Shown here: piece by piece, positions 35,388 through 43,958 of the stretch
How the letters are laid out: every line of letters begins with the position of its first letter
Position numbering within the stretch: the stretch's first letter is position 1
Source of the DNA: Patescibacteria group bacterium UBA4787
GTDB taxonomy: Bacteria; Patescibacteriota; Patescibacteriia; UBA2591; UBA4787
DNA length: 64,000 nt
Direction: 5' to 3'
Assembly: GCA_002402995.1 (NCBI GenBank)
Contig: DHGX01000003.1
Location: 82,309-146,308 of the forward strand
Program-made: the position numbers and the translations under genes
Notes under the pieces: model-generated
What the model saw: only the letters and a program-made list of their open reading frames with translations
Databases searched by the model: none
What the model was told of the DNA's origin: nothing

Positions 35388-36659
35388 ATGGGACTCTTTA
35401 CCGGACAATCAATCTTTGGCCTAGATATCTCCGACTATTCTGTCGAGTGTCTTTTGCTTGCCAAAAAAATAGGGAAACTCGGCGTTAAATCATATTCCCG
35501 ACTTACATCGGCTGCAAATATCGTCGAAAATGGCGTGATTCTAGACAAAAAATTTTTAGCCGAAAAAATAGTTGAGACTCGGATAAAAGCTAGACCGAGA
35601 AGAATCGCTTCTAAAAAGGTAATCCTTTCTTTGCCTGAATCAAAAACCTTTATTCATCTTTTTAAGTCTACCGAGATTCCCGGTGGTCCCGAAATTAAAA
35701 AAGGGATAATCTCTGAGGCTTCCAGGATCATCCCCTTAGACTTACAAGAAACTTATAATGATTTTGTCGTTTATAAAAATGGCGATGTACTTTTCGCGGC
35801 TGTCAGTAAAAAGATTGTAGATGATTATATAGAAGTTATGAAAGAGGCCAAACTTGAGTTGGTGGCCATAGATCTGGAATCGTTAAGCATAGGAAGAGCC
35901 TTGTTTTTTGAAGGCGGAGATTTAAAGGAAAACGTCATGGTGGTCGATATCGGGAGCAGAACCACCGATATAAGCATTTTTAATAAATTAGGCGAGCTAC
36001 AAATATCAGCCACTATCAATATCGCTGGTAATAAATTTACTCAAGCCATTGCCGAAGAATTGGGAAGTGATTTTGAAGGAGCTGAAAAATTGAAAACAAC
36101 CCATGGTCTTGATGAAAACGGCGACAAACGAGTGTTCGAAGTTCTCAAAAAACAATTTTCACCAATTATAGAAAAGATTAAAGACCTTACGGAATATTAT
36201 CAGGAAAAGATTCCAGTTCAAAACGGATCAACTTCTAACATAGAAAAAATTCTGTTAGTGGGGGGGTCCGCGAAGATGCCAGAAATTGCTTCTCATTTTT
36301 CAAAAAATTTAAACATAAGGACTGAATTAGGAAGATCAAAAGTCGCCGAACAGATTAAAGAATTTGCTCCTTGCGAAAGTATTGTAGGACTGGCCCTAAG
36401 AAGCTTGCAAGATAACCCAGTCAGAGCAGGAATTAATCTCCTGCCGTCAATTTGCCAGAAAAAATCATTTTTTAGAGCATTGCTTGAAAGAAAAATAAAA
36501 CTCTGGGTTGCCCTTACCCTTTTAATCGTAGAGGCTCTTTTCCTTGTGATCGGGTTCATGGTTATAATTGACCGATTTGACAATTTAATACAAGGCATTA
36601 AAATAAGTAAATACAATGGAGTAGTAATGACTCCACAAAAGGTCGTTTTGAATAAATAA
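35388..36659 (+). CDS. pilM: Type IV pilus assembly protein PilM (actin-like ATPase fold) with a C-terminal TM tail that is PilN-like.
   Basis: PilM N-terminus FGLDISDYSVECLLL. Actin-like fold motifs DIGSRTTDISIF and LVGGSAKMPEI. C-terminal TM segment LWVALTLLIVEALFLVIGFMVII. Confidence 0.75.
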   Translation: MGLFTGQSIFGLDISDYSVECLLLAKKIGKLGVKSYSRLTSAANIVENGVILDKKFLAEKIVETRIKARPRRIASKKVILSLPESKTFIHLFKSTEIPGGPEIKKGIISEASRIIPLDLQETYNDFVVYKNGDVLFAAVSKKIVDDYIEVMKEAKLELVAIDLESLSIGRALFFEGGDLKENVMVVDIGSRTTDISIFNKLGELQISATINIAGNKFTQAIAEELGSDFEGAEKLKTTHGLDENGDKRVFEVLKKQFSPIIEKIKDLTEYYQEKIPVQNGSTSNIEKILLVGGSAKMPEIASHFSKNLNIRTELGRSKVAEQIKEFAPCESIVGLALRSLQDNPVRAGINLLPSICQKKSFFRALLERKIKLWVALTLLIVEALFLVIGFMVIIDRFDNLIQGIKISKYNGVVMTPQKVVLNK

Positions 36660-36679
36660 TATAAAAAACATTTATAACT

Positions 36680-37183
36680 ATGAATTTAAAGAAAAATAGA
36701 GCTGGCTTTACCATGGTAGAACTTATTATTGTGATAGCTATTATTGCTATTTTGGCTGGCATTGTTTTTGTGGCTATTAATCCGGCCAAGCGTTTTGGCG
36801 AAGCTCGGGATAGTAGGCGCTGGACAGATGTCTCAAATCTGCTTGACGCAATTCTCAAATATCAGGTGGATAATGGAGGCAATCTTCCCGTTGGTGTACC
36901 AGCCGCTGATGGCCTTAATTATCTAATTGGTAATGGTGACTGTGTTATTGCTGGTGTCACTTGCAACGAAGGAGCTACCATTTTGACTGGTTGTAAGAAT
37001 CTTACTGAAGTCACGGTTCCTCCTACGAGTATCGTTCCTGATTATATTGGTTCGATCCCTACGGACTTAAAAGGTGGAACAGCTGCCCAAACTCTTTATT
37101 ATATTTCTCGGAGTACCGCTGATAGAATCACTATCGGTGCCTGCACTCCAGAATATACCAAACCTATTTCTGTCACCCGTTAA
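36680..37183 (+). CDS. pilA: Type IV pilin; likely the major pilin.
   Basis: Class III signal MNLKKNRAGFTMVELIIVIAIIAILAGI (cleavage G|FTMVE). Size of 167 aa is typical of a major pilin. Confidence 0.75.
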   Translation: MNLKKNRAGFTMVELIIVIAIIAILAGIVFVAINPAKRFGEARDSRRWTDVSNLLDAILKYQVDNGGNLPVGVPAADGLNYLIGNGDCVIAGVTCNEGATILTGCKNLTEVTVPPTSIVPDYIGSIPTDLKGGTAAQTLYYISRSTADRITIGACTPEYTKPISVTR

Positions 37184-37459
37184 TCTTTTTTCGCTCCGTT
37201 ATAAAAATATTCTGCTTAAAAAATAGACAATTTTCTTAAAAAAGTTTAAGGAATATGTTCTAAATTTTGGCAAGATAAAAAAGCGAAACTTTTCCCGCGT
37301 GGGATTAAAAGTTTCGCTTTTTTGATTCGGACAGAAATATCGGACAGAAACAATAGAGACTTTTATTCTTAATAGATTTAGGCGCAATTTTCAAAAAGAC
37401 AATGATTGAAAAATTATGTTTTTGTGTTACAACAGATATAGAATTATATTTGAAATTTT

Positions 37460-37930
37460 ATGTCTCAAATGAGAAAAAATATTATTATCGCAGTTTGTAT
37501 TATCGGGATTTGCATTACCGTGATTTTAATATGCGGAATTACCACCGAGATGTATGACAGAAAGTTAAAAGAGCAAGAAGAACAAATAAGTGAAATATCG
37601 TCTAAAATGATAAAATACAATAAGGCCGACGAATCCTTTTATATAACGGCAAATCAGGTATTGAATCTCGCCCAAAGAGCAGCCGAATTGTTTGAAAGTT
37701 CTGAACCCGAAGAAAAACGCCAACTCTTGAATTTCGCATTTCAGAACTTCCGGTTAAACGGCAAAAACCTTTCATTTAAACTAAAAACACCCCTCGACGG
37801 GGTGCTTATAGGCACTACTACTAACAATTGGGGTCGTATCGTGGAGGACGTTAGAACTATATTTGCACAACAAGATGAATATATCTACATACCGGACTTG
37901 AGATCAGAGGCGACAATAGAAATTTATTAG
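37460..37930 (+). CDS. Hypothetical membrane-anchored protein.
   Basis: N-terminal TM segment IIIAVCIIGICITVILICGI. No identifiable domain. Confidence 0.45.
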   Translation: MSQMRKNIIIAVCIIGICITVILICGITTEMYDRKLKEQEEQISEISSKMIKYNKADESFYITANQVLNLAQRAAELFESSEPEEKRQLLNFAFQNFRLNGKNLSFKLKTPLDGVLIGTTTNNWGRIVEDVRTIFAQQDEYIYIPDLRSEATIEIY

Positions 37931-37994
37931 AACCTGTTTAAGGAGGTTGGGGGAGTGTTTGACGGGGGACGATATTAGGCTCTGCTTGAACGAA

Positions 37995-38582
37995 CTACTT
38001 CTTATTTCTTAAAAATGGATTTTTTTTACCAAAAACAATTTCTGGCGTTTGGTTATTTATTACATCCTTAGAAATATTGTATTTTTTGTCATAAAGAGTG
38101 TCGACGGAACAGAATAATGCATTTGTATAATTAAAGCTTAATTTTTCGGCGATTGCTTTAACCTTTTTCTCCGATTTACCTTCAATCTCAACAAACGGCT
38201 CTAAAAATGGCCATTCATCAATTGTTATCTCTACTCCGCTTAATATCCATAATTCTCTTTTATTTTCCTGATAGGCTTTCTTTCTACAACCAATTTTAAT
38301 AAGGAAATCTTTGGTTTCTTTAAAATTATTTACTTTTAAGCAAATTTCTTTTTGGTCTTTTATCTTTTTGCCATCAACTATTTTTAAACTCATCGTTATT
38401 TTATCGCCCTCATCTCTTGCTCTCACCCATCCACCCGGAACCTCATGACCTTTCGGTAAATTGAAAACTACTCTCTTTTGTAGAAACTCTGGTTTAACTA
38501 ATTTTGCCCCGATTTTCTTTAGTTTCTTGCGGATTTCGTTTTTATCAATATTAGCGAAAGTTGCTTCGTATTCTATTTTCAT
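37995..38582 (-). CDS. CYTH-domain protein (CyaB/thiamine-triphosphatase-like triphosphate tunnel metalloenzyme).
   Basis: N-terminal MKIEYEATF...IRKKL (EXE motif) is typical of CYTH. I moved the start to the internal Met (about 38582), because the track start at 38642 would run through a terminator hairpin. Confidence 0.6.
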   Translation of the reverse strand: MKIEYEATFANIDKNEIRKKLKKIGAKLVKPEFLQKRVVFNLPKGHEVPGGWVRARDEGDKITMSLKIVDGKKIKDQKEICLKVNNFKETKDFLIKIGCRKKAYQENKRELWILSGVEITIDEWPFLEPFVEIEGKSEKKVKAIAEKLSFNYTNALFCSVDTLYDKKYNISKDVINNQTPEIVFGKKNPFLRNKK

Positions 38583-38636
38583 ATATTTTATTCTACTAAA
38601 AAATTTATTTTTGCCAAGATCATGAGAAACAAGAAA

Positions 38637-38667
38637 GGACACAGATTTTTCTCTGTGTCCTTTTTTG
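38637..38667. terminator. Conserved terminator hairpin ggacacag-(loop)-ctgtgtcc plus T-run, copy 1 of 3 (others at 47722-47754 and 53031-53059).
   Basis: The same 8-bp stem sequence appears at all three sites, each immediately 3' of a minus-strand small gene. Confidence 0.7.
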
Positions 38668-38691
38668 AACTTAGCACTTTCTCGCCTTGGT

Positions 38692-39063
38692 TTATAAATT
38701 CAAGTTTTCTAGTTTCACCCAGATGATCGCTCCGGCGGGATGCTGATAGGGTATCGGCTTGGAAAATAAAACAGGATTCTTTAGAGTCCAAGCAAAGGTT
38801 TTTTTGTAGGGCAATCTCTGCTCTAACGCACTAGCCGGTATCTGGTGTTTGTCGACACTTGCCTTCATCTGCGATAGGTCTAACGGTCCCATCACATCCA
38901 CCAGCTCACAGGTACCAATAACAAGCCCTGAACCGCTACGAATCAAAGCGATTCGACCGCGGATATTCGTGCTCGAGCCACGGATCTCCCAGGTTTTGGA
39001 ACCGCTAAAGATTTTATCGATCCATGGCGTGCGAATTAATAAACCGCGCAAAATGTTTGACAT
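38692..39063 (-). CDS. ASCH (PUA-like) domain protein.
   Basis: ASCH signature SGSKTWEIRGSSTNIRGRIALI and a beta-barrel-like remainder. Confidence 0.6.
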   Translation of the reverse strand: MSNILRGLLIRTPWIDKIFSGSKTWEIRGSSTNIRGRIALIRSGSGLVIGTCELVDVMGPLDLSQMKASVDKHQIPASALEQRLPYKKTFAWTLKNPVLFSKPIPYQHPAGAIIWVKLENLNL

Positions 39064-39194
39064 GTTTATCTCCCATTATTAAATTTTATTTCAATGAACT
39101 AGGTTTAGCTATAAATAAAATATATCAAAAAATCATTTTTTGTCAAGATGATAAAATCAAAAAAGCCAGCTTTTGGCTGACTCTTCTGTAAAAG

Positions 39195-39267
39195 GGTGGC
39201 TAACGGGATTTGCACCCGTGCTGAAGGTTCCACAGACCTCCGTGCTAACTATTACACCATAGCCACC
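39195..39267 (-). tRNA. tRNA-His, anticodon GTG, with the extra 5' G(-1).
   Basis: Minus strand reads G-GTGGCTA-TG-GTGT-AATAGTTA-GCAC-G-GAGGT-CTGTGGA-ACCTT-CAGC-ACGGG-TGCAAAT-CCCGT-TAGCCAC-C. G(-1) pairs with the C73 discriminator, as characteristic of tRNA-His. The T-loop is slightly atypical. Confidence 0.7.
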
Positions 39268-39274
39268 ATAAAAA

Positions 39275-39349
39275 TGGTACCCCCAAGAGGAATCGAACCT
39301 CTATTACCAGCTTAGAAGGCTGATGCTCTATCCGTTGAGCTATGGGGGC
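39275..39349 (-). tRNA. tRNA-Arg, anticodon TCT, with encoded CCA.
   Basis: Minus strand reads GCCCCCA-TA-GCTC-AACGGATA-GAGC-A-TCAGC-CTTCTAA-GCTGG-TAAT-AGAGG-TTCGATT-CCTCT-TGGGGGT-A-CCA. Confidence 0.85.
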
Positions 39350-39350
39350 G

Positions 39351-40244
39351 TTACATCATTTTTCGAAGAGCAACAATTCTTTCTTCAATGGGTGGATGCG
39401 TGTTGAATAATTTCATCAAAGAGTTTCGCTTGGAACCGAAAGGATTACTGATATATAAATGAGCGGTCGCGTTTGAAGCTCGTTGCAAAGGCTGATTTTC
39501 CAACTTTATTTTTTCCAGGGCATTGGCTAGGCCAGTAGGGTAACGAGTTAATAGAGTGCCAGAAGCGTCAGCCAAAAATTCTCTTTTGCGGGAAATCGCC
39601 AATTTAATAAGTTGAGCGATTAACGGAGCCAGAATTATTAAAATTAAACCGATAATCATTAATATTCCGTTAACGCCGCCGTCCTTTTGGCTGCGGCTTC
39701 GTCCCCCGCCAAAAAATAATCCGCGAGAAAACCAATTGGACAGCAAGATAGCCGTGCCGACCAAAATAACGACCAATGTCATCAAGCGGATATCAAAATT
39801 TTTAATATGCGATAATTCATGAGCGATCACACCTTCTAATTCTTCGTTTTCCAATTTTTCGATCGCGCCGGTAGTAATAGCGATAGAAGCATGCTTTGGG
39901 TCGCGCCCAGCGGCAAAAGCGTTAATTGCGCCATCGTTTATAAGATAAACTTGGGGCGTGGGCAGGCCGGCAGTAATGCATAAATTTTCAATCATTCTAT
40001 AAACATACGGGTTGTCGTTTTTTTCTATTTTTTTCGCGCCAGCCGTAGTCAAGGCGATTTTATCGCCTGAATAATAACCGACCAACGACATCCCGATAGA
40101 AATAATCACAGCTATAATCAATCCATTATAACCATAATTGGTTAATTTTCCGAACAGCCAGCCCAAAAGCAAGATTATCATCACGAAAACAAAAATCAGA
40201 ATAAAACTTTTTCTTTTATTGCTATCAATTTGCGAATAAAGCAT
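39351..40244 (-). CDS. htpX: Zinc metalloprotease HtpX (M48 family).
   Basis: HEXXH motif IAHELSHIKNFD, N-terminal TM helices, and the typical pairing with lemA. Confidence 0.85.
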   Translation of the reverse strand: MLYSQIDSNKRKSFILIFVFVMIILLLGWLFGKLTNYGYNGLIIAVIISIGMSLVGYYSGDKIALTTAGAKKIEKNDNPYVYRMIENLCITAGLPTPQVYLINDGAINAFAAGRDPKHASIAITTGAIEKLENEELEGVIAHELSHIKNFDIRLMTLVVILVGTAILLSNWFSRGLFFGGGRSRSQKDGGVNGILMIIGLILIILAPLIAQLIKLAISRKREFLADASGTLLTRYPTGLANALEKIKLENQPLQRASNATAHLYISNPFGSKRNSLMKLFNTHPPIEERIVALRKMM

Positions 40245-40285
40245 ATATTAGAAAATAGAAAGTAGAAAGTAGAAAATAGAATAGG

Positions 40286-40903
40286 TTAAAATTTGACTTG
40301 CGGGACGCCTTTTTCTTCTTCTTCGGCTTGAAAGAATTCTTTTTTAACGAAATTAAGCATTTTAGCGAATATATTAGTGGGAAAAACGCTAATTTTTATG
40401 TTTAGATCACGGACATTACTGTTGTAAAATCGTCTGGCTGCTTGAATCTTATTTTCTGTATCAGACAGCTCGTCTTGGAGCTTCAAGAAATTTTGGCTGG
40501 CCTTTAAGTCAGGGTAATTTTCGCTTACAGCGAACAGGGATTTTAAGGTGCTAGTTAAAATATTTTCCGCTTGAGATTTGTCCTGGATTGTTTGCGCTTG
40601 CATAGCTTGGCTGCGAGCCAAGGTCACTTTTTCAAAAACATCTTTTTCGTGTTGGGCATAACCTTTGACTGTTTCAATTAAATTAGGGATTAGATCATAC
40701 CTTCTTTTTAATTGAACATCAATATCGGACCAGGATTCTTCGGTTCTAATTTTTGACCTCACCAGACTATTATAAATGGAAATAACCCACAAAAGAAATA
40801 GAACAATAACACTTAGCACAACATAAAGCACGGTAGACATAGATTTTACAATTAATAAATTAAACACAATTTTAAATTTTATCCCAAAAAACCGATTTGT
40901 CAA
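40286..40903 (-). CDS. lemA: LemA family protein. The start is probably the internal Met near 40840.
   Basis: LemA signature: N-terminal TM helix then SWSDIDVQLKRRYDLIPNLIETVKGYAQHEKDVFEKV. Confidence 0.8.
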   Translation of the reverse strand: MTNRFFGIKFKIVFNLLIVKSMSTVLYVVLSVIVLFLLWVISIYNSLVRSKIRTEESWSDIDVQLKRRYDLIPNLIETVKGYAQHEKDVFEKVTLARSQAMQAQTIQDKSQAENILTSTLKSLFAVSENYPDLKASQNFLKLQDELSDTENKIQAARRFYNSNVRDLNIKISVFPTNIFAKMLNFVKKEFFQAEEEEKGVPQVKF

Positions 40904-40979
40904 CCCCGTAGAATAATTTTGAGTTTAAGGCAAAGCCTTAAAAAGATATTTTCTCAAAATTCTCTACGGGGCTTCGTCC

Positions 40980-41903
40980 CTATTTTCTTTTTTTGTCGTG
41001 AAACTTCCCGTAGATTTCTCTTAAGTGTTGATCGGTAATGTGCGTATAGATCTGGGTAGTGGTGATTGAGGCGTGCCCCAACATACTTTGAACCGATCTC
41101 AGGTCAGCTCCGCCGGCCAGCAAGTCCGTGGCAAAAGTGTGGCGCAAGGTATGCGTGGTGATTTTTTTGGTAATACCGGCGATGCGGCTATATCTTTTTA
41201 CTAGTCTTTGGATGCTACGCGGAGTTAAGCCTTTTTCTTGGTCTTTTTTCCCGGCGCGGTCGTGGCGGACAAAAAGATAGGGACAGGTATCGCTTCGTCC
41301 GTCTAAATATTTTTTAAGCCAATACTTGGCTTGATTAGAAAGAAAAACCACGCGCCACTTACTGCCCTTGCCAAGCACAGCGAATTCGTCTTTTTGTAAA
41401 TTAACGTCGTCAATTTTTAGGCTAGCTATTTCAGAGACGCGCGTACCGGTAGAAAACAGCAATTCAATAAGAGCTTTATCGCGAGTTTTGATAATTTCCG
41501 GCTCCTTGCTGTCCAAAGGAGCTTGGAGGAAATTTTCTAACTCTTTGCCTTCTAAGAAGAAAATTTGTCGTTCGCCGGTTTTGGCTAGTTCAATTTTTTC
41601 CGGCGCGAGAGACGGCACATCGTTTTTTGCCAGCCAACGCAAAAAGGTGCGCATGGCGATAAGGTGGTAATTCTGGGTGGATGGGCTGATAAACCCGCCA
41701 CGCGGATTATTTTGACGCGAAAGCCAAAGGCGAAATTGGCGAATTTTATCCAAAGTAATTTCTTGGGGCTTATCTATTCGCGCCCAAGCAAAAAATCTTT
41801 TCAGATAAAAACTATAATTGCGGCTGGTTAGGGGAGAACGGCCTTTTTCAATTTCTACATACTCAAGAAATTCCGTGAGTAATTGTGATAGATCTTTAGC
41901 CAT
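40980..41903 (-). CDS. xerC: Site-specific tyrosine recombinase XerC/XerD.
   Basis: C-terminal catalytic region TTHTLRHTFATDLLAGGADLRSVQSMLGHASITTTQIYTH (R-H-R-Y residues). N-terminal SAM-like domain. Start set at the internal MAKDLSQ (41903) rather than the track start at 41960. Confidence 0.8.
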   Translation of the reverse strand: MAKDLSQLLTEFLEYVEIEKGRSPLTSRNYSFYLKRFFAWARIDKPQEITLDKIRQFRLWLSRQNNPRGGFISPSTQNYHLIAMRTFLRWLAKNDVPSLAPEKIELAKTGERQIFFLEGKELENFLQAPLDSKEPEIIKTRDKALIELLFSTGTRVSEIASLKIDDVNLQKDEFAVLGKGSKWRVVFLSNQAKYWLKKYLDGRSDTCPYLFVRHDRAGKKDQEKGLTPRSIQRLVKRYSRIAGITKKITTHTLRHTFATDLLAGGADLRSVQSMLGHASITTTQIYTHITDQHLREIYGKFHDKKRK

Positions 41904-42030
41904 AATTATTTCATTATACGACACATAGCTTGAATAGTCAATTAAATTAGATCTTGACAAAACTTCAAAGATCTGCTATAATCTACATAATGATTCAGTT
42001 CTTTAATATAATTTCTATAAGGAAAAAAGA

Positions 42031-42504
42031 ATGATAATCCAGCTAGACCCGACCGCCATACTCTACGACAAGAAATTCCAGCTCATGTGTCGATGCCCAT
42101 ATTATAAGCATCCGCATGGTTGTCCGAATTACGGAAAAAAGGCCGGATGTCCTCCGAATCAGCCGCTGATCAACGAGGTTTTTGATTTCGATCGAAGAAT
42201 CTACGTGATTTACACCGAGTTCGACATTGGCGCGCATGCCGATCGAATGCAGAGGCTTCATCCGCAATGGAGCGATCACCAAACCTACTGCGTGCTTTAT
42301 TGGCAGCCAAGAGCCAGGATTTTCCAGCGGCAAGAGGAAGCGAGGGCGCTCAAAGAGTATAATTTAGATTATATTTGTCGTTCGCCTGAAGCGCACGGTA
42401 TCAACATTACTGCATTGATGGCTCGTCTGGGTGTTGTGTTAGAATGGCCGCCCAGGAAAATCACCCGTCTCGTATCTTTGGGGGGTTGTAAAATACACAA
42501 TTGA
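42031..42504 (+). CDS. Hypothetical Cys/His-rich protein (CRCPYYKHPHGCPNYGKKAGCPP) in a GC-rich island.
   Basis: 157-aa ORF, clearly more G+C-rich than its neighbours. Followed by a hairpin terminator at 42505-42536. Confidence 0.5.
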   Translation: MIIQLDPTAILYDKKFQLMCRCPYYKHPHGCPNYGKKAGCPPNQPLINEVFDFDRRIYVIYTEFDIGAHADRMQRLHPQWSDHQTYCVLYWQPRARIFQRQEEARALKEYNLDYICRSPEAHGINITALMARLGVVLEWPPRKITRLVSLGGCKIHN

Positions 42505-42614
42505 AAGCCGTCACTAAAATAAGTGGCGGCTTTTTATAATTATCCCTTGCTATTATTTTTTATTTATGTTAATATGATTTAATCTTGCTTACAGTAATAA
42601 AATAAAAGTAAATT

Positions 42615-42875
42615 ATGTTGAAGAAGGACGATAAAAATAAAATTTTAAACGAATTTAAAATTCATCCCACTGATACCGGTTCAACCGAAGTCCAAGTCGG
42701 TCTTTTGACTAAAGAAATCAAGGAGCTAACCAAGCATCTGCAAACCCATAAACACGATTTTTCTTCTCGCCGAGGATTGCTAAGGAAAGTGGGGAAACGA
42801 AGACAACTGCTTCGCTATATACAGCAAGTAAATCCCAAAAGGTACGAGAAAGTAGCCAGCAAGCTAAAAGTATAA
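42615..42875 (+). CDS. rpsO: 30S ribosomal protein S15.
   Basis: S15 motifs TGSTEVQVGLLTKEIKELTKHLQTHKHDFSSRRGLLRKVGKRRQLL. Confidence 0.9.
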   Translation: MLKKDDKNKILNEFKIHPTDTGSTEVQVGLLTKEIKELTKHLQTHKHDFSSRRGLLRKVGKRRQLLRYIQQVNPKRYEKVASKLKV

Positions 42876-42884
42876 ATTTATATA

Positions 42885-43217
42885 TGCCGGGTAGTGAAAA
42901 TTCGATAGCTTGACGATTATGTTCTATTATGTTTATGTTTTGCAAAGTTTAAAAAATGATACATTATATATAGGCTTTACTGAAAATCTCAAAAAGAGAT
43001 TTCAAGAACATAATCGTGGCCTTAATTTTTCCACCAAAACGTTCAAGCCATGGAAATTGATTCATTACGAGGCTTATCTCAATGAAAAAGACGCCCGCCG
43101 CAGAGAAAAATATCTAAAAACCAGCCAAGGTTCACGCCTGTTGAAACGCATGCTCAAAGAATATTTTTACAACAATAAATTAAAATATATTTAATCGAAT
43201 TTCTACTACCCGGTATG
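42885..43217 (+). mobile_element. Inverted-repeat bracket element, copy 3. It carries a GIY-YIG nuclease-family ORF, and its right-end repeat supplies the start codon of the downstream NYN gene.
   Basis: Left end TGCCGGGTAGTGAAAATCGAT, right end ATCGAATTTCTACTACCCGGTATG. The GIY-YIG ORF fills the interior exactly. Confidence 0.55.
42910..43194 (+). CDS. GIY-YIG nuclease superfamily protein (small URI-domain protein).
   Basis: YYVYVLQSLKNDTLYIGFTENLKKRFQEHN contains the GIY...YIG motifs plus conserved Arg/Glu. About 91-94 aa. The true start is probably MFYYV, 9 nt inside the track start. Confidence 0.75.
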   Translation: MTIMFYYVYVLQSLKNDTLYIGFTENLKKRFQEHNRGLNFSTKTFKPWKLIHYEAYLNEKDARRREKYLKTSQGSRLLKRMLKEYFYNNKLKYI

Positions 43218-43724
43218 AGTGTTTACCAAAATCAGCGTGTCGGACTCTTCGTAGATGTCCAGAACATGTATCATTCGGCGAAAAATCTTTATCGCGCCAA
43301 TGTCAATTTCAGAAAAATTTTAGAAGAGGCGGTCGGCGATCGCCAACTTATTCGAGCGATTGCTTATGTTATACATTCGCCCAGCGAAGAAGAACAAACT
43401 TTTTTCGAGTCTTTGGAGCGACAAGGTTTTGAATTAAAGATAAAAGATCTGCAAATTTTCTCCGGTGGCATGAAAAAGGCCGATTGGGATGTGGGTTTGG
43501 CGGTTGATGCCATTAAATTGGCTGATAAGCTGGACGCGGTTGTTCTTATCTCCGGCGATGGTGATTATGTGCCCTTGGTCAATTACCTTAAAGAGAATAA
43601 AGGATGTTTTGTTAAGGTAATGGCTTTTGGCAAAACTACTTCGGCTAAGCTTATTGAAGCAGCTGACGATTTTGTTGATCTGGGCCAAGAAAAAAGGAAA
43701 TTTCTATTTATTAGTAGAAAATAA
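43215..43724 (+). CDS. NYN-domain (LabA/DUF88-like) protein.
   Basis: NYN/PIN-like core VGLFVDVQNMYHSAKNL...AVVLISGDGDYVPLV. Confidence 0.7.
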   Translation: MSVYQNQRVGLFVDVQNMYHSAKNLYRANVNFRKILEEAVGDRQLIRAIAYVIHSPSEEEQTFFESLERQGFELKIKDLQIFSGGMKKADWDVGLAVDAIKLADKLDAVVLISGDGDYVPLVNYLKENKGCFVKVMAFGKTTSAKLIEAADDFVDLGQEKRKFLFISRK

Positions 43725-43958
43725 TTATGCCCCGTAATACAACTTCGATGGGGCCGACTCTGGTCGGCCCAGAAAAATCTGGGAAAATTTTGTTGGTTAG
43801 ATTTATAAACATAAATATTTACTAAGATCCAAAAGGTTATTAAAATATCGAAGATGATATACGGGGTATGCCCCGTAATACAACTTCCAGCGCATTTTTA
43901 GAGAGTTATTTTTTCCCCACCACATTTTATCGCTATTCCAGTTTATCTATTTCGTAGG

